A DNA stretch of 64,000 nt, from assembly GCA_030390025.1 (NCBI GenBank), contig CM059431.1, positions 106,704,001-106,768,000 on the forward strand. The letters run 5' to 3'. Shown here in pieces: positions 23,611-34,204 of the stretch (within the stretch, counting starts at the first letter, position 1; each line of letters starts with the position of its first letter). This DNA comes from Squalus acanthias. Its lineage: Eukaryota. Under the pieces are notes generated by a model. The model was not told the origin of the DNA, searched no databases, and was given only the letters and a program-made list of their open reading frames with translations. A program made the translations under genes and the position numbers.

Positions 23611-26562
23611 TCATGTCCAAATTCCTGCCCGCTCCCCGTAACCCTTAATGCCCTTTACTTCTAGGAAACTGTCTATTTCTGTTTTAAATTTAATTAATGT
23701 TGTAGCTTCTACAGCTTTTTGTGGCAGCATATTCCATGGACCTACCACCCTCTGAGTGAAGTAGTTCCTCCTCATCTCAGTTTTGAAAGAGCAGCCCCTT
23801 ATTCTAAGACTATGTCCCCTAGTTCTCGTCTCACCCGTCATCGGGAACATCCTCCCCGCATCCACCCGATCCAACCCCTTCACAATCTTATATGTTTCAA
23901 TAAGATCGCCTCTCATTCTTCTGAACTCCAATGAGTAGAGTCCCAATCTACCCAACCTCTCCTCATATGACCACCCCCTCATCCCCGGGATTAACCGAGT
24001 GAACCTTTTTTGCACTGCCTCGAGAGCAAGGATGTCTTTCCTTAAGTAAGGACACCAAAACTGTATGCAGTATTCCAGGTGCGGTCTCACCAATACCTTG
24101 TACAACTGAAGCAATACCTCCCTATTTTTATATTCTATCCCCCTAGCAATGAAAGCCAACATTCCATTTGCCTTCTTAATCACTTGCTGCACCTGCATAC
24201 TAACCTTTTGAGTTTCGTGCACCAGGACCCCCAGATCCCTTTGCACTTCAGTACTCTCCAGTTTCTTGCCATTAAGATAATAAATTGCTCTAGGATTTTT
24301 CCTGCCAAAGTGCATCACCTCACACTTTCCAGTGTTGTATTCCATCTGCCAAATCTCTGCCCACTTACTTAGCCTGTCTATGTCCCCTTGCAGGTTTTTT
24401 ATGTCCTCCTCACTCACTACTTTCCCTCCCATCTTTGTATCATCTGCAAATTTTGATATGTTACACTTGGTCCTTTCCTCCAAATCGTTAATATAGATTG
24501 TGAAGAGTTGGGGACCCAGCACTGACCCCTGTGGAACACCACTAGTTACTGATTGCCAGTCTGAGAATGAACCATTTATCCCAACTCTTTGCTTTCTGTT
24601 AGATAGCCAATCCTCTATCCATGCCAGAATATTACCCCCAATCCCGTGATTTTTTACCTTAAGCAATAATCTTTTGTGTGGCACCTTGTCAAATGCCTTT
24701 TGGAAGTCTAAATACACTACGTCCACTGGTTCCCCTTTATCCACTCTATATGTTACTTCCTCAAAGAACTCCAGCAAATTTGTCAAACATGACTTCCCCT
24801 TCGTAAAACCATGCTGACTTTGTCCTATTAAATTATGATTATCCAAATGTCCTGTTACTGTTTCCTTAATAATGGACTCCAAAATTTTACCTACCACAGA
24901 TGTTAGGCTAACCGGTCTATAGTTACCAGCCTTCTGTCTACTGCCCTTTTTAAATAAGGGTGTTACATTAGCAGTTTTCCAGTCTGCCGGGACCTTAGCG
25001 GAATCCAGGGAGTTTTGAAAAATTATTACCAATGCATCTACAATCTCTACCGCCACTTCCTTCAAGACTCTAGGATGTAAGCCATCAGGTCCAGGTGATT
25101 TATCCGCCTTGAGTCCCATTATTTTACCGAGTACCACTTCCTTAGTGATTTTGATCGTGTTTAGCTCCTCTCCCCCTATAGCCCCCTGTTTGTCCAGTGT
25201 TGGGATATTCTTAGTGTCCTCTACTGTAAAGACTGATACAAAATATTCATTCAGTGTTTTTGCCATCTCCATATTTCCCACCATTAATTTCCCGGTCTCA
25301 TCCTCTAAGGGACCAACATTTACTTTAGCCACCCTTTTTCTTTTTATATAACTATAAAAACTCTTACTATCTGTTTTTATATTTTTTGCTAATTTACTTT
25401 CATAATCTATCTTCCCTTTCTTAATCAATCTTTTTGTTATTTTTTGCTGCCTTTTAAAGTTTTCCCAATCCTCTGTCCTCCCATTAGATTTCGCTACCTT
25501 ATATGCCCTTGTTTTTAGTCGAATACTATCCTTAATTTCTTTACTTAGCCACGGATGACTGTCCTTTCTTTTACACCCTTTTCTTTTCAGTGGAATATAT
25601 TTTTTTTGGAAGTTGTAAAATAACTCCTTGAATGTACACCACTGATCATGTGTCGTCTTACCCTTTAATCTATTTTCCCAATCCACTCTACTCAATTCCG
25701 CTCGCATACCTTCATAGTCTCCTTTATTCAAGCTTAGCACGCTTGTTTGAGATCCAACCTTCTCACCCTCTAATTGAATATGGAATTCAACCATGTTATG
25801 GTCACTCATTCCAAGGGGATCCTTTACTAGGACATTTTTAATTAATCCTGTCTCGTTACACAGGACCAGATCTAAGGTTGCTTGCCCCCTGGTCGGTTCA
25901 GTTACATACTGCTCAAGAAACCCATCCCTAATACACTCAATGAACTCATCCTCAAGGCAGCCCTGCCCCATTTGATTTGTCCAATTAATGTGATAGTTAA
26001 AATCCCCCATAATTATAGATGTTCCCTTATTACATGCCTCAACTATTTCCTGATTGATACTCCGTCCAATAGAGTTGCAACTGTTCGGAGGCCTATAGAC
26101 TACGCCCACTAATGTTTTTTTCCCCTTATTATTCCTTATCTCCACCCAAACTGTTTCATTATCATGATTTTTTGACCCAATATCATTACTCTGTATTACA
26201 GTGATTCCTTCCTTTATTAACATAGCCACCCCACCTCCCCTTCCTTCCTGCCTGTCCTTCCTGATCGTTAAATAACCTGGTATGTTTAATTCCCAGGCAT
26301 TGTCACCCTGCAGCCATGTTTCTGTAATGGCCACAATATCATAACCATATGTAGTTATTTGTGCCATTAACTCGTCTATTTTGTTACGAATGCTACGTGC
26401 ATTCAGATAGAGAACTTTCAAATATGCTTTGTGGCACTTAGTTCCTGCTTTTTCACTTTTTACCAGTTTACCTTTTACTCCACACACTCTGTCCCTTCCT
26501 GCCACGCTCTGATTTGTGATTCCCCTACTGCTACCTATGTCTATGACCCTCTCTGTTGTCAT
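23611..26562 (-). CDS. CR1 ORF2: apurinic endonuclease + reverse transcriptase (983 aa)
   Basis: APE motifs YLNARS, AITETWL, VYRPP, MGDFN, LDLVL, SDH. RT motifs KSPGPDG, NYRPVSLTS, QHGF, YLDFQKAFDKV, GVPQGSVLGP, FADD. No stops or frameshifts. Confidence 0.97.
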   Translation of the reverse strand: MTTERVIDIGSSRGITNQSVAGRDRVCGVKGKLVKSEKAGTKCHKAYLKVLYLNARSIRNKIDELMAQITTYGYDIVAITETWLQGDNAWELNIPGYLTIRKDRQEGRGGGVAMLIKEGITVIQSNDIGSKNHDNETVWVEIRNNKGKKTLVGVVYRPPNSCNSIGRSINQEIVEACNKGTSIIMGDFNYHINWTNQMGQGCLEDEFIECIRDGFLEQYVTEPTRGQATLDLVLCNETGLIKNVLVKDPLGMSDHNMVEFHIQLEGEKVGSQTSVLSLNKGDYEGMRAELSRVDWENRLKGKTTHDQWCTFKELFYNFQKKYIPLKRKGCKRKDSHPWLSKEIKDSIRLKTRAYKVAKSNGRTEDWENFKRQQKITKRLIKKGKIDYESKLAKNIKTDSKSFYSYIKRKRVAKVNVGPLEDETGKLMVGNMEMAKTLNEYFVSVFTVEDTKNIPTLDKQGAIGGEELNTIKITKEVVLGKIMGLKADKSPGPDGLHPRVLKEVAVEIVDALVIIFQNSLDSAKVPADWKTANVTPLFKKGSRQKAGNYRPVSLTSVVGKILESIIKETVTGHLDNHNLIGQSQHGFTKGKSCLTNLLEFFEEVTYRVDKGEPVDVVYLDFQKAFDKVPHKRLLLKVKNHGIGGNILAWIEDWLSNRKQRVGINGSFSDWQSVTSGVPQGSVLGPQLFTIYINDLEERTKCNISKFADDTKMGGKVVSEEDIKNLQGDIDRLSKWAEIWQMEYNTGKCEVMHFGRKNPRAIYYLNGKKLESTEVQRDLGVLVHETQKVSMQVQQVIKKANGMLAFIARGIEYKNREVLLQLYKVLVRPHLEYCIQFWCPYLRKDILALEAVQKRFTRLIPGMRGWSYEERLGRLGLYSLEFRRMRGDLIETYKIVKGLDRVDAGRMFPMTGETRTRGHSLRIRGCSFKTEMRRNYFTQRVVGPWNMLPQKAVEATTLIKFKTEIDSFLEVKGIKGYGERAGIWT

Positions 26563-26600
26563 TTTTATTTTTTGCTCTCTTGAAACCTCCCCCCCACTAA

Positions 26601-27557
26601 TTAGTTTAAAGCCCTCTCCACAGCCCTAGTTATTCGATTCGCCAGGACACTAGTCCCAGCACTGGCCAAGTGAAGTCCGTCCCAACGGAACAGCTCTCTC
26701 CTGCCCCAGTACTGGTGCCAGTGTCCCAAGAAGCAAAACCCATTTTTCCCACACCAGTCTTTGAGCCACGCATTCAACTCCCTGATTTTATTTACCCTAG
26801 CCAAATTTGCTCGTGGCTCAGGTAGTAATCCAGAGATTATTACCCTCGAGGTTCTGCTTTTTAATTTGGCCCCTAGCTGCTCAAACTCCCTCAGCAGAAC
26901 CTCTTTCCTTGTCCTATCTATGTCATTGGTACCAACATGGACCACGACAACTGGATCCTCCCCCTCCCACTCCAAGTTTCTCTCCAGCCCAGAGGAGATG
27001 TCCTTAACCCTGGCACCGGGCAGGCAACACAGCCTTCGGGACTCTCGCTCTTGGCTGCAAAGAACCCTATCTATCCCCCTAATGATACTATCCCCTACCA
27101 CTACAACATTTCTTTTTACTCCCCCCACTTGAATGGCCCCCCTTACCACGGTGCTGTGGCCAGGTTGCTCATCCTCCCTGCAGTCCCCGCTCCTATCCAC
27201 ACAGGGAGTAAGAGCCTCGAACCTGTTGGACAAGAGCAAGGGCTGCGGCTCCTCCAACACTACCTCCTGGATCCCTGTACCTGCCTCACTCGTAGTCACA
27301 CCTTCCTGTCCCTGACCACGGGCTACTTCTGAATTAGTTACTCTAATTGGTGTGACTACCTCCTGAAACACGGAGTCCAGGTAACTCTCCCCCTCCCTGA
27401 TGTGTCGCAGTGTTTGAAGCTCGGACTCCAGCTCATCAACACGGAGCCGGAGTTCCTCGAGCAGCCAACACTTACTGCAAATGTGTTCACCGTGAACATC
27501 AATGGTGTCCACCAGCTCCCACATATTGCAGCAGTAACACATCACCTGCTCTCCCAT
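26601..27557 (-). CDS. CR1 ORF1: zinc-finger-like N-terminus, coiled coil and SGNH/GDSL esterase domain (318 aa)
   Basis: CYCC...CSKC motif, leucine heptads, and esterase blocks VVVVGDSIIRG, LPGA, VHVGTND and DGLHL. Confidence 0.93.
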   Translation of the reverse strand: MGEQVMCYCCNMWELVDTIDVHGEHICSKCWLLEELRLRVDELESELQTLRHIREGESYLDSVFQEVVTPIRVTNSEVARGQGQEGVTTSEAGTGIQEVVLEEPQPLLLSNRFEALTPCVDRSGDCREDEQPGHSTVVRGAIQVGGVKRNVVVVGDSIIRGIDRVLCSQERESRRLCCLPGARVKDISSGLERNLEWEGEDPVVVVHVGTNDIDRTRKEVLLREFEQLGAKLKSRTSRVIISGLLPEPRANLARVNKIRELNAWLKDWCGKNGFCFLGHWHQYWGRRELFRWDGLHLASAGTSVLANRITRAVERALN

Positions 27558-28009
27558 TCTATGTAATTAATTAAAAATGTATTATTTATCCTTCAGTTAA
27601 TTTATGCCAGCAGTCTCTGCTACACCACAGATACCCGAGAAACAATAAAATTGAAGTTTTGTATAAAAAAAAAGAGAAATACTCACCAACCAATCACTTA
27701 CCTGCTTTCTGGTGACGTCACACTTCGATTATTTTTTACCTCTCTCCTGCTCTCGGCTTGGTGAAAGCCTACCTGGTCGCTGCCGCCTTTTACCGCCGCC
27801 GCCTCGCCGCTGTTGCTCCACCCAGGTCCGCCGCCTCTATAAATGTAGCAGCAACCCCAGTATAGATTCAGTTGATTCCACCAAGTTTGACCAAAGACAA
27901 TGGTCTTGTGTTAACTCCAATCTAACACCAGGAGCTACAACAATACTCTAGTATCCAATGCAGGCCTTGATGTCACGTAACCATGTTGCATATCGACGCT
28001 GTGCTGTAC

Positions 28010-28255
28010 CCCAATTTCCTTCGCCCCACCATTGGTGGCCGTGCCTTCTGTTGCCAAGGCCCTTAGCTCTGGCATTCCCTCCCTGAACCTCTCCGCCTCT
28101 CTACCTCTCTGTCTTCCTTGAGGACACCTCTTAAAACCTATCTCTTTGACCAAGCTTTTGGTTACCAGTCCTAATATCTCCTTATGTGGTTTGATGTCAA
28201 ATTCTGTCTGATAACGCTCCTGTGAAGCACCTTGGGCCATTTTACTACATTAAAA
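28010..28255 (+). mobile_element. L2 LINE 3' end
   Basis: Reverse-complement match to 21240-21480 (ccaccattggtggccgtgccttc...ctctttgaccaagcttttgg). Confidence 0.85.
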
Positions 28256-28262
28256 TCATGTA

Positions 28263-28640
28263 GTGTCAGCTGTGGCTCAGTTAGTAGCACCCTTGCCTTC
28301 TAAGACAGAAGGTTGCTGGGTTCAAGTCCCACTCCAGGGACTTGAACATACTAAAGCTAGGTTTACACTCCAGTGTAGTACTAAGGGAGTGCTGCACTGT
28401 CGGAGGTGCCCTCTTTCAGATGGGTTGTTAAACCAAGGCCGTGGATGTGAAAGATCCCATGTAATTATTTCGAAGAAGACCAGGGGTGTTCTCCCCAGTG
28501 TCCTGGCCAATATTTATCCCTAAATGAACATAACAAAAAAAACCACAGATTATCTGGTCATTATCACATTGCTGTTTGTGGGAGCTTGCTGTGCACAAAT
28601 TTGGCTGCCACATTACAACAGTGACTCCTCTTCAAAAATC
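28263..28640 (+). mobile_element. DeuSINE with tRNA-derived head
   Basis: A box TGGCTCAGTTAG (~28273), B box GGTTCAAGTCC (~28319) and Deu domain gtggatgtgaaagatcccat...gtgtcctggccaatatttatccc. Confidence 0.88.
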
Positions 28641-28689
28641 AATTTATTTATTTCTTTTCTTTTTTTTCTCTCTCTCCCATATGGCAGCT

Positions 28690-29058
28690 GTCTTTCATTC
28701 TGCCAGCACCATTCACACTTCATCTAGAGCCATCTTTTGTTTCTTAACTTGTCCCATTACCATCTCCTTTTGCCTTGCACCATCTCTTAATCTCTCATAA
28801 TGTCTCTTAATCGCTCCTGCCTTCCATCCTATCACAGACCTTCCCTTTTGTTCTTTCCTCCCCTCCCCACTTTCCCTGCCCCTGCACTTGCTTAAAAACC
28901 TGTTCCATCTCCAGCTTTTTCCAGTTCTGACGAAGGGTCATCGACCTGAAACGTTGACTCTGTTTCTCTCTCCACAGATGCTGCCTGACCTGCTGAGTAT
29001 TTCCAGCACTTTCTGTTTTTATTTCAGATTTCCAGCATCCGCAGTATTTTGCTTTTGT
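28690..29058 (+). mobile_element. Solo Penelope-like terminal repeat
   Basis: Reverse complement of 2031-2390 and 14480-14810; no coding part attached. Confidence 0.88.
28923..28959 (+). ncRNA. Minimal type-I hammerhead ribozyme motif
   Basis: Reads AGUU-CUGACGA-agggucaucgaccu-GAAA-CG-UU-GACU; stem I is kept via a U-G wobble. Confidence 0.72.
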
Positions 29059-29532
29059 CGCTGTATACACAAGTCAGGTTCATTTGGAGACAGCGGCTCT
29101 CTTGCTCAATGTGGCTCCTACTGCTGTTCATAAGGCAGAAGGAAACAGCAGACCTCTCAAATCAGCACACACCAAACATCCTTGCATATTCTTGAAAGTA
29201 CCTTTGCAGTTCTCTCCAGGACATTGTTGATAATTCACAAATCCTTAATGATCACGGCCAAATCACATGTCATTGAAAGAACCGCCCAGTGTTGCTATGG
29301 CATCATCGTCCCAATAGTAATGGATTTATTGAGCCCAACTCGCTACAGTGTCTTTCTGAAACAGCGTTCCCACAAGCGGTGATAATCCTGGCCTCAATGC
29401 AGCAAATTGACCCTCACTGCTCTTTTCAATATGGGGAAGGGATCTGAGCTTGCATTGCAATCCTTTCCAGGTTTCAGCCATTGGTTCCAGCGAAGCAGCC
29501 CTAATTTCACGGCAAATTATGGCCTTTCCTAA

Positions 29533-29745
29533 GATCATAAGAAAGGAGTCGGCCATACGGCCCCCTTGAACCTGCTTCGCCATTCAATAAGGTCATGGCT
29601 GATCTTCGACCTCAACTCCACTTTCCCGCCCGAACCCCATATCCCTTGATTCCTCTCGAGTCCAAAAATCTAACGACCTGAGTCTTGAGTGTACTCAACG
29701 CCTGAGCATCCACAGCCCTCTGGGGTAGAGAATTCCATAGATTCA
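29533..29745 (-). mobile_element. CR1 LINE 3' fragment
   Basis: Similar to the 3' end of the full-length CR1 (cataagaaaggag..ggccatacggccc..ccattcaataag). Confidence 0.8.
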
Positions 29746-30287
29746 CTCATGACATAATTGCCTGGGACTGTAGTGGCATGAGTAACAGAGTTCACCGCTA
29801 TTTCATCGTTACTATGGCGCTACGGCCTAGCAAATTCCCGGCCATAGTTACAGTACACTCCATATTGTGCGCCAATAAAACCTTACTCTGGTGCAGAATA
29901 TGACAACCCTTGCAGAATGGGTCGTTCCTAATTCTTTTGGGAATTAACGATAGCCAACGACTGTTATATTTCAACATAGAGCATGTGTTGATTTTAACCG
30001 CCGTGATCAACTATTCAATCAAATTATGAGGAAAAAATGAAAAAAAGTAGCAGGTTTATCACATTAATCTTCCACAGGGAACATGGTGTACAAAATGGAT
30101 TAAAAATGTATAAGGGTTGAAAATGTGTGAGTTCTAGAAGCACAGTGCTGACAAAATTCTGGCAGGTGGCCATAAATCCATCAGGCTTGCACTCCATTAA
30201 TCGCCTTCAGGAATTGTGCTCCAGGGGGAGTGGGCATTATTCCCAGCCCAATTACATTGCTCCAGCAATCTGGGGATGTTCCTGGTC

Positions 30288-30553
30288 TCATAGAATCATA
30301 CAGCACAGGAGGAGGCCTTTCGGCCCATTGAGCCTGTGCCAGCTCTTGCTAGAGCTCTTCAATTGATACCACTCCCCCTGCTATTTCCCCATATCCCTAT
30401 AACATTTCCTTTTCAAGTAAATACCCAATTCCCTATAGAAAATTACTATTGAATCTGCTTCCACCACCCTCTCCCCACTGGTTCTTTTACCAATCACCTT
30501 AAATCTGTGTCCTCTGGTTACCGACCTTTCTGGCAGTGGAAACAGCTTCTCCT
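30288..30553 (-). mobile_element. CR1 LINE 3' fragment
   Basis: catagaatcatacagcacaggaggaggcc tail; similar to 1281-1612. Confidence 0.82.
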
Positions 30554-30565
30554 TATAGAGTCATA

Positions 30566-31458
30566 GGGGGAAAAATTCAGTTGGTTGCGCCTCCCGTTAG
30601 CACCTTAAGAGGGCGCTAATGGGGCGCAAAGCATCTAGCGCCCAGGCGCGGCGAAGTTTGCGCCGCTTGCGAAATTAACTAGACATTTTGCGGCGGCGCT
30701 AAACACTACCGCCACGATCTCCTGCGCCGGCAGATCATGACGTCACTCGAGTGCGCAACGCCCCGGTATCGCCCCGGAGCGGATATTGAGTGGCGCCCCC
30801 TGCCTTACCGCCTGACGCTAGCAACGACAGGTTGAGGGGAGCGTTCTGCAGTCGTGAAGGGAAAGGGGGAGCGCTATTTAAAGGTGACCGCTTCCTGCCT
30901 TTTATTGTTGGTGCCATTTTTGAACTATGCATTCTGAGAGAGAGAGGGAGAGACTTCTGGAGAGATTCAACGTTGTGTGAAGGAGTTTTGGGTACTGAGC
31001 AGCACTTTGCAGGTTCATTTTGATTTGCCATTCCTTGTATCGATTTAGCAGAGACTGTGGGGGCTGCACTCTCAGATCTTGGCCTGGTACTCTCCATTGT
31101 TCTTTCCAGCACATTTGATGTGCAGGTCTCTCCAGGCCGAGATTCAAGGCTGCAATGAGCAGGATGTGGATGGAAAGCAAGATTAACCATCCCCTTTAAG
31201 AACTGGCCCGTGCCATTGTGTGTGTGTTCCATTGCTGACTGACATTACATGAGCTTCGCCAGCGCTCTGAGGTAGCGCCTCGCTCCTCGGCCTTTGCGCC
31301 TTAAGACAGGTGTGAAGCACCTGATATAGCGCTGCAATCACCTCCAGGGGCGATAAAAGTCAAGTTTGCAGTCGGTGGCGATAATTAGCGACAGGCGCTA
31401 ATCTTTGCGCCCGGCCGATAATTGCGCCCCAAATGGGGTGATACTGAATTTCTCCCCC
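30566..31458. mobile_element. Harbinger-type non-autonomous element, 893 bp, inserted in a CR1 tail
   Basis: TIRs gggggaaaaattcagt / actgaatttctccccc (15/16), TSD ATA at 30563-30565 and 31459-31461, and GCGCC-rich subterminal regions. Confidence 0.88.
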
Positions 31459-32277
31459 ATAGAGTCACAACAGCACAGAAGGAGGCCATTTGGCCCATCG
31501 AGTCTGTGCCGGCTCTCTGAAGAGCAATCCAGTCAGTCCCATTCCCCCAGCTCTATCCCCGTAGCCCTTCAAGTTTATTTCCCTCAAGTGCCTATCCAGT
31601 CTGCCCTTGAAAACATTGAGTGTCTCCGCTTCCACCACTTCCGTCAGCAGCGAATTCCACGTCCTCACCACTCGTTGCGTAAAAAAGTTTTTCCTCACGT
31701 CCCCCCTGTATCTCTTGCCCAAAACCTTAAATCTGTGTCCCCTAGTCCTTGTACCATTAACTAGTGGGAACAGCCTTTCCCCGTCTAGCCTATCCAAACC
31801 CGTCATAATCTTGTACACCTCTATCAAATCACCCCACAACCTCCTTTGCTCGAATAAAAACAAATCCAGCTTCTCCGGCCTGTCCTTGTAGCTAAGATCC
31901 CCCATCCCCAGAAGCATTCTGGTAAATCTCCTCTGCACCCTCTCAAGGGCCTTCACATCCTTTCTAAAGTGTGGTGACCAGAACTGGACGCAATACTCCA
32001 TTTATGGCCAAACCAGCCCTTTATAAAATTTCAGCATAACTTCTCTACTTTTGTACTCAATACCTCAATTTATGAAGCCCAAGATCCCATATGCTTTGCT
32101 AACCACTCTCTCAATATGTCCCGCCACCTTCAGGGACCTATGCACATTAACTCCCAGGTCCCTCTGTCCCTGCGCACTCTTTAAAACTGAGCCATTAAGT
32201 GTATATTGCCTCTCCCTGTTCCTTCTGCCAAAATGCATCACCTCACACTTCTCTGTATTAAATTCCATCTGCCACAT
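31459..32277 (-). mobile_element. CR1 LINE 3' portion
   Basis: Peptides WQMEFNTEKCEVMHFG, EYCVQFWSPHFRKDVKALERVQRRFTRM and FFTQRVVRTWNSL. Confidence 0.92.
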
Positions 32278-32299
32278 TGGCAAATTTAGAAATTAAATT

Positions 32300-32540
32300 T
32301 ACTCTATCAAAGCCCTTTGTGATTTTGAACATCTCTATTAAATCTCCCCTTAACCTCTCTGCTCTAAGGAGAACAATCCCAGCTTCTCTAGTCGCTCCAC
32401 GTAACTGAAGTCCCTCATCCCTGATACCATTCTAATTAATCTCCTCTCCAAGGCCTTGACATCGTTCCTAAAGTGTGGGGCCCAGCATTGGCCACAATAC
32501 TCCAGCTGAGGCCTAACCAGTGTTTTATAAGGGTTTAGCC
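32300..32540 (-). mobile_element. CR1 LINE internal fragment
   Basis: Paralogous to ~31800-32035, more diverged. Confidence 0.75.
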
Positions 32541-32749
32541 CCTTAGGATTCTGACAAAATTATCGCTGATAGGTCTGGCTAGACCTACATCTGCTGAGAG
32601 CAGGCATGGGGCCTCATTATGGAAGTCCTAGCAAAGAAGAAGCAAATAGTAAACTACCCTAGTGGGATCGTTTAATGTTGCCAAGTTGTCTCCTCTGTTC
32701 CTCTGAGGGGAAACAAAAAAAAATTATGGTGATAAATTCCTTCAGCCCA

Positions 32750-33428
32750 ATTTCCTGGGGGTCAACATTGACCAGAAACTTAACTGGACCAGCCACATAA
32801 ACACTGTGACAACAAGAGCAGGTGAGAGGCTTGGTATTCTGCGGCGAGTGTCTCACCTCCTGACTCCACAAAGCCTTTCCACCATCTACAAGGCACAAGT
32901 CAGGAGTGTGATGGAATGCTCTCCACTTGCCTGGATGAGTGCAGCTCCAACAACACTCAAGAAGCTCGACACCATCCAAGACAAAGCAGCCTGCTTGATT
33001 GGCACCCCATCCACCACCTTAAACATTCACTCCCTCCACCACCAGCGTACTGTGGCTGCAGTGTGTACCGTCTACAAGATGCACTGCAGCAACTCGCCAA
33101 GGCTTCTTCAGCAGCACCTCCCAAACCCGCAACCTCTACCACCTAGAAGGACAAGGGCAGCAGGGTGCATGGGAACACCACCACCTCCAAGTTCCCCTCC
33201 AAGTCACACACCATCCTGACTTGGAAGTATATCGCCGTTCCTTCATCATCGCTGGGTCAAAATCCTGGAACTCCCTCCCTAACAGCACTGTGGGAGTACC
33301 TTCACCACACGGACTGCAGCGGTTCAAGAAGACGGCTCACCACCACCTTCTCAAGGGCAACTAGGGATGGGCAATAATTGCTGGCCTTGCCAGCGATGCC
33401 CACATCCCATGAACGAATAAAATAAAAA
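32750..33428 (+). mobile_element. CR1-group LINE (second family), 3' portion
   Basis: RT C-terminus RLGILRRVSHLL..STIYKAQVRSVMECSPLAW..LDTIQDKAACLI; same 3' end as 963-1280. Confidence 0.88.
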
Positions 33429-33934
33429 TTTGGGCCTCGGGATCACCCCTCTCAGAAGAACAGGTGCCCCTGTTGCGTGCTGGATGCACGGGCACCCACC
33501 CAATACTGACCCCATCTCCAGGATTGGGAGGGTCAACGTTAGTTGAAAATGGGTGGGTGGAAATCCTACACTGTTGCTCAAACGGAATTCACAGGGTATA
33601 GTATCTGGAAGTTGTAGACGTTCCTATGCAAAGCGAAAGTTTGGAGATTGTGAGTCAGTTTCAATGAAATTTCCAAAGTCTATTGTTTGTGGCTCTTTGA
33701 AGCTTAGGGGCAGTATTTGTTGTTTGAAATATTCTGATTGTCACCCGTGTTGAAAGTGCACTATGGAGTGGCAGGATATAGGACTTTGCTGTCACCATTT
33801 CCCACACAGTCAATTCCTAAACACATCCGGAATGGGTGTTGGGAGAAGTGCCAAGAGAGCCCAGGAATGCCCCCACAGAAAGGTAGGGAAACTCAGCAAC
33901 TGCTTCAACCCAATTATACGCAATCACCTCGGGA

Positions 33935-33990
33935 CAACGAGAACAACTTGCATTTATATAGCACCTTTAATGTAGTAAAGCGTCCCAAGG
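33935..33990 (-). mobile_element. L2 tail fragment abutting the satellite
   Basis: aacaacttgcatttatatagcacctttaatgtagtaaagcgtcccaagg matches 21231-21279. Confidence 0.8.
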
Positions 33991-34204
33991 TGTGATGCGG
34001 CGGTGTGACGGGGCGGGTGTGACGGGGCGGGTGTGATGGGTCGTGGGTGACTGGGCGGGTGTGATGGGGTGAGTGTGATGGGGTGGGTGTGACGGGGCGG
34101 GTGTGACGGGACGTGGGTGTGATGGGCCGGGTGTGACGGGCCAGGTGTGACGGGCCAGGTGTGATGGGCCGGGTGTGACAGGCCAGGTGTGATGGGCCGG
34201 GTGT
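33989..34204 (-). repeat. 14-bp satellite, left block (G-rich orientation)
   Basis: Units such as gtgacggggcgggt are the reverse complement of the central block. Confidence 0.95.

Larger units (their letters stand above)
23365..27840 (-). mobile_element. Full-length, apparently intact CR1 LINE
   Basis: GC-rich 5' UTR, uninterrupted ORF1 and ORF2, 3' UTR and (TTCTTATG)n octamer tail. The 5' boundary is approximate. Confidence 0.95.

Noticed and set aside
28263..28340. tRNA gene
   Set aside because: A and B boxes are present, but the sequence continues into the Deu domain, so it is a SINE head.
29100..30010. Possible host exons in unique sequence (also ~22000-22330)
   Set aside because: Splice-like signals exist, but most frames are closed and the open peptides are unrecognisable.
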